A stretch of 64,000 nt of DNA, taken from the NCBI RefSeq assembly GCF_049519115.1, contig NZ_JBEKRB010000007.1:103798-167797 (forward strand), read 5' to 3'. The translations under genes were made by a program, and so were the position numbers. Origin of the DNA: Bradyrhizobium sp. (GTDB lineage: Bacteria > Pseudomonadota > Alphaproteobacteria > Rhizobiales > Xanthobacteraceae). The notes beneath the pieces were generated by a model. That model was not told the origin of the DNA and searched no databases. It saw only the letters and a list, made by a program, of their open reading frames with translations. Below, in pieces: positions 9,695 to 20,140 of this stretch. Numbering within the stretch: the first letter of the stretch is position 1; every line of letters starts with the position of its first letter.

Positions 9695-10900
9695 TTACGC
9701 CACGGCACCGGACGCCTTCAGGCGACCAATCGAAGCCTCATCGTATCCGGCCTCGCGTAGAATTTCATCGCTGTGTTCGCCGACTTCAGGCGGGTGCTTG
9801 GGTTTGACCTTCGCGCTGCCATCGACCCAGATCGGGCTATTGATCGTCAGCATCGTATCGTTTTCAAACGGCACCAGCGCCTGGGTTTCGATCATCTGCG
9901 TATCGTTTTTGATATCGTCGAGAATGCCGACCACCCCGAATACCAGGCCGTTGCCGTCGAGAACGGTGCGCCATTCGGCAAGGTCTTTTGTCGCGAAGAT
10001 CTGGTCGAAAATCGCGATCAACTCGATCGAGCGCGCATGGCGTTGGGCCTTGGTGGCAAATCTGGCATCACTCACCAGATCTTCGCGCCCCAGGCAACGG
10101 GCCAGCGCCGGCCATTGCCGCTCTTCATTGAGCAGCGAGAGGATCAGCCAGCGGCCGTCCCTGCAGCGATAGTGATTGGTCACGGCGTTCAGCGCGCGGT
10201 CGCGCGGCCTCCGCTCCTGAAACTCGGCGCCGCATAATTTGGCCTGTGCCAGCACGCCCGCGGCCCATAGGCCATTCGCCATTAGGTTTGACGATACGTG
10301 CGAACCTTCGCCGGACCGCTCGCGCTTGTAGAGTGCGGTCACAATCGCCCCATAGAGCGCCATCGCGCACGGATGGTCGCCCATGCCGGGAATAGAGCGC
10401 GCTGGTGTCGTGTTCTCTTCGGCGCGCACGAGGTCCATCAGGCCCGATCGCGCCCAATAGGCGTTGCTGTCGAAGCCGGGCTTGTCGGCCTCCGCGCCGG
10501 TTTCGCCGTAGCCGGTGAAGGAGGCGTAGATCAGACGCGCGTTCATGGGCTTGATGTCTTCATAGGTGATGCCGAGGCGCTTGCGAACACCAGGCGGAAA
10601 ATTGGTGATGAAGACATCGGCCTCGGCGGCCAGCCGATACAGCACCTCGCGTCCTTCCGGCTTGGCGAGGTCGAGCGCCAGGCTTCGTTTGTTTCGCCCT
10701 TCCAGGAGCCAGGCAAAGTTATGCTCGCTGATCGGATATCCCGGCAGTTTTGGTAAAAGCCGGTAAGGATCGCCGGTGCCCGGCGGCTCGATCTTGATGA
10801 CTTCGGCGCCGAAATCCGACAGCACGGTGGCGGCTGCGGGCGCCGCGATAAAGCTCGCGCAATCCAGAACCTTCAGCCCTTCGAAGATGCCGCCTTCCAT
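9695..10900 (-). CDS. Family III CoA-transferase (CaiB/BaiF)
   Basis: GAEVIKIEPPGTGDP, GRNKRSLALDL and YASFTGYG motifs; start at MEGGIFEGLKVLD. Confidence 0.9.
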   Translation of the reverse strand: MEGGIFEGLKVLDCASFIAAPAAATVLSDFGAEVIKIEPPGTGDPYRLLPKLPGYPISEHNFAWLLEGRNKRSLALDLAKPEGREVLYRLAAEADVFITNFPPGVRKRLGITYEDIKPMNARLIYASFTGYGETGAEADKPGFDSNAYWARSGLMDLVRAEENTTPARSIPGMGDHPCAMALYGAIVTALYKRERSGEGSHVSSNLMANGLWAAGVLAQAKLCGAEFQERRPRDRALNAVTNHYRCRDGRWLILSLLNEERQWPALARCLGREDLVSDARFATKAQRHARSIELIAIFDQIFATKDLAEWRTVLDGNGLVFGVVGILDDIKNDTQMIETQALVPFENDTMLTINSPIWVDGSAKVKPKHPPEVGEHSDEILREAGYDEASIGRLKASGAVA

Positions 10901-11027
10901 GATGAGGCCGTCCCGTGTGTTGATATTATTCCGCGCGATGGAAACGTCGTTCCACGCGGTTTGCCGATGGTTTTGATCGATAACGGCGGTCGATGCAACG
11001 GCGGTTTTTTGCCGTCGACGATGACGG

Positions 11028-14000
11028 CTATTCCTCGCCCGACAGCAGCGCGGCATTGCCGCCGGCGGCGGCCGTATTGATCGTTACGGTCTGCTCGGTG
11101 GCAAAGCGCGCGAGGTAGTGCGGGCCGCCGGCCTTGGGGCCTGTGCCGGACAGGCCGGAGCCGCCGAACGGTTGCACGCCCACGACCGCGCCGATCATGT
11201 TGCGGTTGACATAGACATTGCCCACGCTGAGCCGCTCCACTACCGCATCGACCACATCGTCGATCCGCGAGTGAATCCCGAGCGTCAGCCCGTAACCGGT
11301 GCGTTCGATCGACGCCAGCACCTCGTCAAGACTACTGGCCGCGTAACGCACCACATGCAGGATTGGGCCGAATACTTCTTCGGTCAGCTGACCGGCGTTT
11401 TCGAGTTCAAAGATATGCGGCGCGACATACTGGCCCTCCGGGGCGGCCCCGGAAAAATGCACCCGCGCCTCGCGCTTCATCCGCGCAATGTGCGCGTCCA
11501 GTCGCGCTTTGGCCTCAGCATCGATCACCGGGCCGATATGAACGGCGGGATCGGAAGGATTGCCGATCTTCAATTCACGCGCAGCCCCGGAAATCATTTC
11601 GATCATGCGATCGGCGACGTCTTCCTGCACGAACAAAATCCGCAACGCCGAACAGCGTTGGCCGGCCGAACGGAAGGCAGAGGTGAGGACATCGTCGGCA
11701 ACTTGTTCTGGCAGCGCGGTCGCATCCACGATCATGGCGTTGATGCCGCCGGTCTCGGCGATCAGCGGCACGATCGGGCCGTCCTTGGCCGCCAACGTGC
11801 GATTGATGCTGCGCGCGACTTCCGTCGAACCCGTAAAGACGACGCCGGCCGCGTCCGGATGGGCCACCAGCGACGCACCGATGCGGCCGTCGCCGGGCAC
11901 CAGATGCAGCGCGGACGAAGGCACGCCGGCCTCGTGCAACAGAGCTACCGCCTCGAACGCGATCAACGGCGTCTGCTCGGCGGGCTTTGCCACCACGGTA
12001 TTGCCGGCCATCAGAGCCGCGGTGATCTGGCCGGTAAAAATCGCGAGTGGAAAATTCCAGGGCGAAATCGCGACGAAGGCGCCGCGGCCGCGCAGGCCCA
12101 GCACATTGCTCTCGCCGGTCGGGCCAGGCATGGTCTCGCCCGCGCCAAACAGCTCGCGGCCAAGGCTCGCGTAATAGCGGCAAAAATCCGTGGCCTCGCG
12201 AACTTCCGAGATCGCGTCGTCGAGCGTCTTGCCGCCCTCGCGTTGTAAAAGCGCGATGAAACGCGCGGCGCGGCTCTCCAAGAAGTCAGCGGCGCGATCG
12301 AGATGATCAGCACGGATGGCGGCCGGCGTGCGGCTCCAGCTTGAGAAGCCGGCGCGGGCAGCAGCCATGGCTGCATTGGCGCCCTCAACGGTCGGCTCGA
12401 TCACGTTTCCGATCGGCGTGGCCGGATCGGCCGGGCTGAAAAGCTGTCGCGCCTTCCCGGTGCCGGCGTTGCCGCCGATCACGGCTGTCGCGTCGACCGG
12501 CGCGGTCTCGGCTTGGACCGACGCGAGCATGGCTTGCAAGGCCGCGCGGTCGCCGAATTCGATGCCGCGCGAGTTCTGGCGCTGCGGCCGATAGAGATCG
12601 ACCGGCAAGGGGATGTTGGGGTGGCGGGCATTGTCGGCGCTACCGATGATATCGGCGGGACGCCGCAGCAACGTCTTTACTGGCACGGCGTCGTCAGCGG
12701 CGAGCGCGACGAAGGAGGAGTTGGCGCCGTTTTCAAGCAGGCGCCGCACCAGATAAGCGAGCAGATCACGGTGGCTGCCGACCGGCGCGTAGGTGCGGCA
12801 AGCGAGCGTCGGGCGATCGGCGGTCAGTCGCGCATAAAGCGCTTCGCCCATGCCGTGCAGGCGTTGCAATTCAAAGCCGCCCTCGTCGCCCGCAAGTTCA
12901 AGAACGGTGGCAACCGTCAGCGCGTTGTGGGTGGCGAATTGCGGGAACAGCCGCGGCCGCAGCTTCAGGAGCTGTTCGGCGCAGGCGATGTAGTTCAGGT
13001 CGGTCATCGCCTTGCGCGTGAAGACGGGATAGCCGTCGAGGCCGCGCTCCTGCGCGCGCTTGATCTCGCTGTCCCAATAGGCGCCCTTGACGAGCCGCAC
13101 CATCATGCGCCGGTTCAGTTTGCTTGCCAGTTCGCAACTGTAGTCGATCACGGCGCTGGCGCGTTTTTGATAAGCCTGAATGGCGAGGCCAAAGCCGTCC
13201 CAGTCCGCGAGCGAGGGGTCGGCAAACGCCGCCTCAATCACTTCGAGCGAAAGGTCGAGCCGGTCGGCCTCTTCGGCGTCGACCGTGAGGTTGAGGTCGA
13301 AGGATTTGGCGCGCTGCGCCAGATCGATCAGCCGTGGCACTAATTCCGCCATCACGCGCTGCCGGCTCAAGGGCTCAAAGCGCGGATGCAGCGCCGAGAG
13401 TTTGATCGAAATGCCGGGCCGGTCGGGCAGGGGGCGCGAGCCGGCGCTGGCGCCGATCGCGTCAATCGCGCGTGCGTAGGCTGTGAAATAGCGCTCGGCG
13501 TCGGCGGCGGTGCGCGCGCCTTCGCCAAGCATGTCGAAGGAGTAGCGGGGAAACGCGCCCGATTGGGCCCGCGCCAGCGCGGCCTCGATGGTCTCTCCAA
13601 GCACGAAATGGCTGCCCATCAGCCGCATCGCCTGCCGCGTGGCGGCTCGGACGGCCGGCGCGCCGAGGCGCTTCACCAGCCGGCCGATGGTCCCATCCGG
13701 CGTTTCGCCCGGTTGAATGACCCGCGCCGACATGCCGAGCGCCCAGGCCGAGGCATTGACCAGGAATGCGCTCGATCGGGTCTCGTGGTGGATGAAGTCG
13801 CCCTCGCCGAGCTTGTCCTCGATGAAGCGGTCGGCGGTGCGCGCGTCCGGAACGCGCAGCAGCGCCTCCGCCAGCACCATCAGCGCGAGGCCCTCTTTGG
13901 TGGAGAGCGCAAATTCGCGCAGCATGTCCTCGACGCCGCCGAACCGGTCGTCGTTGGCGCGGATGGCCTCGATCAGCCGGGTCGCGGTTAGGTCAATCCG

Positions 14001-14114
14001 CGCCTCGCGATCGCCACTGAGGCGTGAAGCGCCCAATAACTGCCTTGCGATCGCGATATCGTCCACAGCGTAAGGCGCCGTAAACGCAAGCAGGCCAGCA
14101 GGTTCGGAATGCAT
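11028..14114 (-). CDS. putA: Bifunctional proline dehydrogenase / P5C dehydrogenase
   Basis: SFDMLGE, VRLVKGAYW, YLVRRLLENGANSSF, ISPWNFP, AETGG and GQRCSA motifs. Start set at ATG 14114 because the upstream extension is repeat-derived. Confidence 0.95.
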   Translation of the reverse strand: MHSEPAGLLAFTAPYAVDDIAIARQLLGASRLSGDREARIDLTATRLIEAIRANDDRFGGVEDMLREFALSTKEGLALMVLAEALLRVPDARTADRFIEDKLGEGDFIHHETRSSAFLVNASAWALGMSARVIQPGETPDGTIGRLVKRLGAPAVRAATRQAMRLMGSHFVLGETIEAALARAQSGAFPRYSFDMLGEGARTAADAERYFTAYARAIDAIGASAGSRPLPDRPGISIKLSALHPRFEPLSRQRVMAELVPRLIDLAQRAKSFDLNLTVDAEEADRLDLSLEVIEAAFADPSLADWDGFGLAIQAYQKRASAVIDYSCELASKLNRRMMVRLVKGAYWDSEIKRAQERGLDGYPVFTRKAMTDLNYIACAEQLLKLRPRLFPQFATHNALTVATVLELAGDEGGFELQRLHGMGEALYARLTADRPTLACRTYAPVGSHRDLLAYLVRRLLENGANSSFVALAADDAVPVKTLLRRPADIIGSADNARHPNIPLPVDLYRPQRQNSRGIEFGDRAALQAMLASVQAETAPVDATAVIGGNAGTGKARQLFSPADPATPIGNVIEPTVEGANAAMAAARAGFSSWSRTPAAIRADHLDRAADFLESRAARFIALLQREGGKTLDDAISEVREATDFCRYYASLGRELFGAGETMPGPTGESNVLGLRGRGAFVAISPWNFPLAIFTGQITAALMAGNTVVAKPAEQTPLIAFEAVALLHEAGVPSSALHLVPGDGRIGASLVAHPDAAGVVFTGSTEVARSINRTLAAKDGPIVPLIAETGGINAMIVDATALPEQVADDVLTSAFRSAGQRCSALRILFVQEDVADRMIEMISGAARELKIGNPSDPAVHIGPVIDAEAKARLDAHIARMKREARVHFSGAAPEGQYVAPHIFELENAGQLTEEVFGPILHVVRYAASSLDEVLASIERTGYGLTLGIHSRIDDVVDAVVERLSVGNVYVNRNMIGAVVGVQPFGGSGLSGTGPKAGGPHYLARFATEQTVTINTAAAGGNAALLSGEE

Positions 14115-14140
14115 CGCGGGCTCCGACGCAAGAATCCGCA

Positions 14141-14306
14141 CTAGTGGTCCAATTCTAACATTCGCACCCCTTCGCAGCCGCACTTTTGCGAATGTTAGAA
14201 TTGCAGAACCACTAGCAACAGTCGATTTTCGTGGAGTTTAGGATTTGACATTCGCTTCGGGAGTTTGCGGCTAGGCGGGTAGCGAATGTCAAATCCACTC
14301 CACGAA
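14141..14306. repeat. CTAG-capped twin-hairpin element, copy 2
   Basis: Hairpin A is CTAGTGGTCC + 16-bp stem, GCA bulge. Hairpin B is TTCGTGGAGT/ACTCCACGAA (compensated cap), TTA bulge, 16-bp stem. Confidence 0.9.
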
Positions 14307-14363
14307 GCATATATTATAAGGCGCCTTCAAAGGAATCGGCTTTGCGAAAGCGCCGGGGTCGGT

Positions 14364-15524
14364 CTAGCCGGTCCTCAGCGAGGCGCTATGGCCGATCGGC
14401 GCGAGAGACGGTCCATCCTGGCGTTTGGACCACGATGCATAGCCTGCAACCATCGTCATGATGGCGATACCGCCGAGGCTGACCAGGATCTGTTGCATCG
14501 GGGACCCGGACCCCGTCACCAGAACAAAGTGGCCGGCAAGGGAAAGCAGCACGCCGGCGCAAAACACCGACAGCGCCTGTTCGCCGCACAGGATCAGCGG
14601 CCTGAAGACCGGCGAGTTAAGGGCGTACCACCGCTTCGGGATCAGGCGTGTGGCAAACAGCGCCAGAACGATGAAATGCAGGATGCGGTAAGGGGCGAGG
14701 TTGACCCGGTCGTTTGGAATGAACGCGTCGTGCAGCCACACCGGCAGCATATCGCCGAGCGCGGGGAAGTGCCCGGCCAGCGTCATGGCATAGGCGAAGA
14801 CGAGAAAGGCAAGACCAAGATACGCCCATAAGGGCTTGCGGAAACGGGCGTGAAACCGGCTCACGCCGCCAAGCGCGCACCAGGAGCCGAGCACGAACAG
14901 CAACTGCCAGCAAAACGGGTTGAAATTCCAGTTTCCGTCCGGAAAAGTCTGCAATGTCCATTCGAACCGGCGCGCGGCAACATAGAGCACGAACGATCCG
15001 GCCAGCGTGAAATTGGGCACGCGCAGCATCAGCCACAACACGGCCGGAAAGCACGCCATCAGCAAGACGGAGAGCTGAAGCACGTCGAGGTTGGCTGCCC
15101 TGGATTGCAGCAGCAGGCCGTGGGTGATGGTGCGGACCGGATCGTCGAGGAGAGCGACAACATTGAACTCGTAGACGATGTCAGGCGCGGCGTAGCGCGT
15201 GGCGATATCGCCGATCGACACGGCGTAAATCGCGAACAGCACGATGAAGGCGGCATAAAGCTGCCAGGCGCGCCGGAATACCCGCGTGGCACCGACGATG
15301 CTGCCACGTTCCAGCATGATGGGCGCATAGGTCAGCGCGGCGGTATAGCCGATGATGAATACAAACAGCTCCGCGGCGCCGGAGAAACCGAAGTTCCGCA
15401 GCGTGATCGAGCTCACCAGGTTGTTCGGGATGTGGTCCAGAAAGATGAACCAGTTCGCCAGACCCAGGAACAGATAGAGCCTCGTGTCGCGCGCGTGACG
15501 AGCGAGGGCGGTAATGGCATCCAT
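14364..15524 (-). CDS. opgC: OpgC-domain membrane protein (glucan modification)
   Basis: FLDHIP, NFGFSGAAELFVF, FNPFCWQLLF and GEQALSVFC motifs; RDTRL where the family usually has RDLRLD. Confidence 0.8.
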   Translation of the reverse strand: MDAITALARHARDTRLYLFLGLANWFIFLDHIPNNLVSSITLRNFGFSGAAELFVFIIGYTAALTYAPIMLERGSIVGATRVFRRAWQLYAAFIVLFAIYAVSIGDIATRYAAPDIVYEFNVVALLDDPVRTITHGLLLQSRAANLDVLQLSVLLMACFPAVLWLMLRVPNFTLAGSFVLYVAARRFEWTLQTFPDGNWNFNPFCWQLLFVLGSWCALGGVSRFHARFRKPLWAYLGLAFLVFAYAMTLAGHFPALGDMLPVWLHDAFIPNDRVNLAPYRILHFIVLALFATRLIPKRWYALNSPVFRPLILCGEQALSVFCAGVLLSLAGHFVLVTGSGSPMQQILVSLGGIAIMTMVAGYASWSKRQDGPSLAPIGHSASLRTG

Positions 15525-15758
15525 AAAGATTAATTTCGTGTGGGGGCGTTCTGCCGGCGTGACAATGAACGCAGGACGTAAGGCGCTTCGGCCGCGCTTG
15601 CAAGGAGGCTCGCCGTTATGTGAATCGAGGCTGATCTGCGCCTGCGTTCATCGTGAAGTTCGCTGGGGACACGAAGCCGTGAGGCACGGGAATATTTTAG
15701 CGCGTGGGCGAATGATCGTTAATTGATCATTGACGGCTTCTGCTTTCGAAAGAGGCAA

Positions 15759-15881
15759 TCATCTCCAGGGCGCGAACGAATCACCGGTTTGCAAAGTGAG
15801 GGGAGCGGCGTTCGCGCCGTACTTGATCAGCAGAGCGAGAACGATCGCAAGCAGGATGACGAAGAGAAGCCGTCGTTTCAT
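15759..15881 (-). CDS. Candidate 40-aa small protein with signal/TM-like N-terminus
   Basis: Manual translation MKRRLLFVILLAIVLALLIKYGANAAPLTLQTGDSFAPWR; RBS is weak. Confidence 0.3.
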   Translation of the reverse strand: MKRRLLFVILLAIVLALLIKYGANAAPLTLQTGDSFAPWR

Positions 15882-16012
15882 GGCGGCGAGTGTGACACCC
15901 GCTTTCGTCAAGTCAATTCCGGATCACCGGTCAGCCTGTTTTCTCAAAAAATGCGACGCTCCGGCCGCGAGCTGGCGACCGGAGCGTTCGAAGCAAACGG
16001 GAATCATTTCGA

Positions 16013-16252
16013 TCAGTAAGCGCAGACGTTCACGGTGCGGAAGCGATAGCCATACGGCGTCAGCACACGGCGGGTGACGTAGCAGCCGTCGTCCACATAG
16101 CCGACGCCCATGCCGAAGCCGCCGAAGTGGCGATGATGGAATCCGCCCCAACCCCAGCCGCCAAAGGGCTTGGCCGATGCGGTGGATGGAGCCAAGGCTG
16201 CGACGCTGAGAGAAGCCGCGGCGGCCAATACGATCGTCAGTTTGCGTAGCAT
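16013..16252 (-). CDS. Small secreted Gly/aromatic-rich protein (79 aa)
   Basis: GAGGAG RBS; signal peptide MLRKLTIVLAAAASL; tail CYVTRRVLTPYGYRFRTVNVC with two Cys. Confidence 0.75.
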   Translation of the reverse strand: MLRKLTIVLAAAASLSVAALAPSTASAKPFGGWGWGGFHHRHFGGFGMGVGYVDDGCYVTRRVLTPYGYRFRTVNVCAY

Positions 16253-16568
16253 GGTCGTTCTCCTCGATTTGCGCTGGTTGCGCGGGTTGCAGTTGCTGTC
16301 AGTTGCAGTCTCACCCCTTGGCAATCAGTCGCGCCGTTTCGAAACGTGGTTCGAGAAAACCCCATTCGGTTTAAGGATTTTTTTCTGAATGCCTGTTCAG
16401 CTTCGCGCGTAAATAGCTTCGTCCCCGCCTTGTGCGCAATTGCGCACTGGCGCGGGGACCCCAGCGTGAGCACAATCACGCTCGTCGCGGTACGCCGTGG
16501 CTTCTCATTTTTGAAATTTGGCTGACGGCGTTTGCTGCCATCTGCTGGTGGTTATGGGTCCCTGCTTA

Positions 16569-16632
16569 CCGCCTTCGCTAAAGCTTCGGCGGCCGGAGAG
16601 CCTTCACACCGGCGAAGCCTTGGCGTAGCCGG
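16569..16632. repeat. Imperfect palindromic repeat (CCGCCTTCGCTAAAGCTTCGG type)
   Basis: Arms CCGCCTTCGCTAAAGCTTCGGCGG and CCGGCGAAGCCTTGGCGTAGCCGG, downstream of the cyclase stop; recalled as a recurring alphaproteobacterial intergenic motif. Confidence 0.55.
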
Positions 16633-16668
16633 GTCGCAGGGACGACGTGGGCTGCGGCGGCGGATCGT

Positions 16669-18417
16669 TCAGGCGGCTACAGGCTTCTCGTCGTCAACGA
16701 GCGCAGACAAGGCATCGGCCTTGGCGACGACGCACACACTCATCGGTCCCGCGCGGCCACGGATTTCAATGTCCTGCCGTGATAGCGCATCGTCGGCAAC
16801 GCCCGCCGTCGCGCGCACGTCATCCGAGAAGATGACCTCGCAGCCGAGGCCTTTGGTCATGTCCTGCAACCGCGCCGCGACGTTGACGGCGTCGCCGAGC
16901 GCGGTGAACACCATGTGGTCGCGGTAGCCGATATCGCCGACGATGACCTCGCCGGCATGAATGCCGATCCCGAATCGGATCGGCTCGCGCAGGTCGTTTT
17001 TGAGGAATTGATTGAGTTCCTCGACATGGGCCGAAATGCGCCCCGCCGCCGCCAGCGCCTGGCGGCAGGCGATTTGTTTGGTCGTCGCCAGTCCGAACAG
17101 CGCGAGTTGCCCGTCGCCGAGAAACTGGTTCGGCTGGCCGCCGCATTCGATCACGGCCCTGGAGACCGCGCCGAGAAAACGGTTGACGACGAAGACCGTG
17201 TCGAACGGCAGGCGGTTTTCCGCGAGCCGCGTCGAGCCGCGCATATCCACGAACATGCTGACGAGATAACGCTCCTCGCCGATATGCGAGGGGCCGTGAC
17301 GGGTCGGCGCGGCCTGCGGCGTGAAGATCTGGAAGAAGGAAAGGTCGGCATCGGGGCGGAGCTGACAGGCGAGCCGGATCGCCGGATCGGCGTCGCTCCC
17401 GACCCGGTTGAGTACGAACGCTTCGCGGTTGGAGGGCCGCGGCAGGGACGCACAGTCGCCGATCACGCGGATGCGGCAGGTCGAACAGCGGGCGCGGCCG
17501 CCGCAGACGCTGGCGTGCGGGACCTGATAGCGCAGGCTTGCCTCGAGCACCGAAAGGCCTTTCGGCACCCGGATGGTGCGGCCATTGCCGTAAGACAGGT
17601 TAATCATGCCGGCGCGCCGCTCGTGAAGCGTGCGAAAGCCACGCGCAACCAGTACCAGACCGAGCAGGCCAAGATAGCCGATCAGGAAGTCCGTCGTGAT
17701 GGTTTCGAGCACATCGGCCTGGGCCGGCGTGCCCGTCTTGTCGGGAGCCAGATTGACCGCGCGCCACTCGGCGTCAGCGCTGTCTTTCACGATCGTTCGG
17801 CCGCTCTGGTAGAGGCCGAGCAAAGCGAGGGTCGGCACCACAACCGCCGCAGCCAGCAGGAACGGGGCGGCGTATTTGAAAAACGCCTTCATCCGCAGCC
17901 AGAAATAAAGGCCGATGCTGCCGTGGATCCAGGCGATGATCAAAACCGAGAGCGTCATCCACATCCGGTTCGATGCCGTCGCCCAATAGCCGTGAAGCAC
18001 CTGCGGATAGAGCTTGGAGGTCCCGAACAGCGTGTGGCCGAGCCGCGTCCCGATGATGTGGGCGGCAATCAGCGCCGGAATGCACAGGCCGAGCACGAGT
18101 TGCAGCGGCTCGATCGTCTTCCAGCGGAATTGCCGCCGCTCGTAAAGCGCCCAGATTCCAAGACCGCCATGAACCAGCACCGCGCCGTAGAACACGATTG
18201 CGACGGGCAGGAATTGCCAGAACAGGAGATGGTAGTGCAGGCCCCAGGCCAGCGCCTCCAGCGAAATATTGCCGAGCGCGTGGTTGAGGAAATGGCTGAT
18301 CAGATAGGCCAGCAGGATCAGCCCGCAGACCATGCGAATCTGCCGGACGCTGACGCCACGAAGGAATTTTCCGATTTGGGGCAGGGTGGGTTCGCTCATT
18401 CCGGTCCACTGATTCAT
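16669..18417 (-). CDS. Membrane class III adenylate/guanylate cyclase with 2Fe-2S ferredoxin domain (CyaC-like architecture)
   Basis: TM region with several His; CGGRARCSTC...RLAC; FVDMRGST, FLGDG and GDAVNVAARLQ motifs. Start may be 18399. Confidence 0.9.
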   Translation of the reverse strand: MNQWTGMSEPTLPQIGKFLRGVSVRQIRMVCGLILLAYLISHFLNHALGNISLEALAWGLHYHLLFWQFLPVAIVFYGAVLVHGGLGIWALYERRQFRWKTIEPLQLVLGLCIPALIAAHIIGTRLGHTLFGTSKLYPQVLHGYWATASNRMWMTLSVLIIAWIHGSIGLYFWLRMKAFFKYAAPFLLAAAVVVPTLALLGLYQSGRTIVKDSADAEWRAVNLAPDKTGTPAQADVLETITTDFLIGYLGLLGLVLVARGFRTLHERRAGMINLSYGNGRTIRVPKGLSVLEASLRYQVPHASVCGGRARCSTCRIRVIGDCASLPRPSNREAFVLNRVGSDADPAIRLACQLRPDADLSFFQIFTPQAAPTRHGPSHIGEERYLVSMFVDMRGSTRLAENRLPFDTVFVVNRFLGAVSRAVIECGGQPNQFLGDGQLALFGLATTKQIACRQALAAAGRISAHVEELNQFLKNDLREPIRFGIGIHAGEVIVGDIGYRDHMVFTALGDAVNVAARLQDMTKGLGCEVIFSDDVRATAGVADDALSRQDIEIRGRAGPMSVCVVAKADALSALVDDEKPVAA

Positions 18418-18525
18418 AGACTCGCAAAGCTAGCGTTTAATTCCATCTGGCACGAGTGGCGGTTTTGGCCAATTAACGCAATATCCGGCCGTTGACACCC
18501 ATGCCGGAGTTGGGGAGAAAGCGCC

Positions 18526-20100
18526 GTGACGATGGCGCCCCCAGATAGCTTCCGGAGCGAAGCCAAACATTCCGCGCTCAAGCCGTGGCTTGGCGTCATC
18601 GCGCTGATCGTGGCGATGACGGTCATGCGCGCCGTCTATGCGAGCCTGATCGATCTGCGGACCGACGAATCCTATTACTGGACCTGGTCGAAGGAGAGCG
18701 TGCTTTCCTTCCTCGACCATCCGCCCATGGTGGCCTGGTTCGTTCGTTTCGGCACCGCGATCTTTGGCGATACGAATTTCGGCGCGCGATTCGCCGGTCT
18801 CGTGGCCATGCTTGCCGCGCAATTATTGCTTGCCGATCTCGTCTGGCGCGTCACGCGCGATCTTCGGATGGCCGTCGTCGCGGTACTGATGATGGAGGCA
18901 TCGCTCTATTACGGCCTGCTGATGACCAAGATCGCGCCGGATGTCCCGCTGGTTCTCTTCGTCACCGCGATGGCCTGGGCGCTGGTGCGGTTGGCCGAAA
19001 GCGGCGATGGGCGATGGTGGCTCGCGGCCGGTGTTTTTGCCGGGCTCGCGGCACTGTCGAAATTCACGGTTGCCTTACTGCTTCCGGCGGTGCTCGCCTT
19101 CATGTGGGTGCCAAACTGGCGCGGCCGCTGGCTGCGCAGTCCCTATCCATGGACGGCTGCCGCAATAGCATTGTTGCTGTTCACGCCGGTCCTGATCTGG
19201 AACATGCAGCACGATTGGGCTTCGTTTCGTTTTCAGGCGGTGCGGGCGGCAGCATCCCATCAATGGTCGCTACGTACGTTCGGCGAATTTCTGGGCCTGC
19301 AATTCGGCCTCGTCGGTTTTGTCCTGTTGCCGGTCGTCTTGACGGGCGTCGTGTTGACGGCGTGGCGCGGATATCGCCGTGGTGAAGCCGTTGCGATCCT
19401 GCTGTCGACCGCCGTGCTCATTCCCTTTGTCTACTTTTTGTGGAAGTCGCTGAGCTTGCGGGTCGGCGATACCTGGCCGACCTTCATCTGGCCGTTCGGT
19501 TTTGCGGCGGCCGCGATCAATCTGTCGATGCTGCGGAAGGAAGGATGGTCCCAATCCTTTATCGCGATGTCGCACCGCTGGGTCAGGATCGCGATCGTCT
19601 CCGGCATCGCCTTTGTGGTTGCTGTTTGCTTCTACTACCTGGCGATGCCGTTCAATTTCATCGGCCGCACCGATCCGGTCGGTGGCGAGGCTGGCTATGA
19701 GTCGATCGTGACGCGGACCGAGGCCGAGCTGCAAAAGACCGGTGCGACCTGGATCGCCACGTCAGACTACCGCACTTATGCGATGCTGCGCTGGTTCTTC
19801 CATGGCCGCCTGCCGGTGGTGCAAATCAACGAGCGCGGTCGGTATCAGGGTTTTCGCGAGCCGGACATGAGCCTGATCGCAGGCCATGCCGGCATATATG
19901 TCGGGCGCGAACCCGACAATAATCCGTCGGCTTCCTTGTGGGCTTCGGTCCCGGCCAAACGCGAACCGCTGGAGCGGGTCGATCGCGTCTGGCGTGGGAT
20001 CGTCATGGATAGTTATTCGATCGAGAAGTTCACCGGCTGGACGCCACAGCTCTCGCCGCCGCCGGATTCGCCGTTGTTCGACTGGCGCTGGCTGGCGTAG
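18526..20100 (+). CDS. GT-C glycosyltransferase family 39 (ArnT/PMT-like)
   Basis: DESYYWTWS, FLDHPPMVAW, LSKFT and PVLIWN motifs; many TM helices. Confidence 0.85.
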   Translation: MTMAPPDSFRSEAKHSALKPWLGVIALIVAMTVMRAVYASLIDLRTDESYYWTWSKESVLSFLDHPPMVAWFVRFGTAIFGDTNFGARFAGLVAMLAAQLLLADLVWRVTRDLRMAVVAVLMMEASLYYGLLMTKIAPDVPLVLFVTAMAWALVRLAESGDGRWWLAAGVFAGLAALSKFTVALLLPAVLAFMWVPNWRGRWLRSPYPWTAAAIALLLFTPVLIWNMQHDWASFRFQAVRAAASHQWSLRTFGEFLGLQFGLVGFVLLPVVLTGVVLTAWRGYRRGEAVAILLSTAVLIPFVYFLWKSLSLRVGDTWPTFIWPFGFAAAAINLSMLRKEGWSQSFIAMSHRWVRIAIVSGIAFVVAVCFYYLAMPFNFIGRTDPVGGEAGYESIVTRTEAELQKTGATWIATSDYRTYAMLRWFFHGRLPVVQINERGRYQGFREPDMSLIAGHAGIYVGREPDNNPSASLWASVPAKREPLERVDRVWRGIVMDSYSIEKFTGWTPQLSPPPDSPLFDWRWLA

Positions 20101-20140
20101 CCGAGGGAGTTTTGCGGTCGCACGTTGCCGCCGCCAGCAT

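Noticed and set aside
14115-14183. ORF-track N-terminal extension of PutA (MRLRRGANVRIGPLV...)
   Set aside because: It is translated twin-hairpin DNA. The same ANVxIGPLV peptide appears in the P450 extension (32462-32557), and the GreA-like extension (45884-45997) also begins inside a copy.
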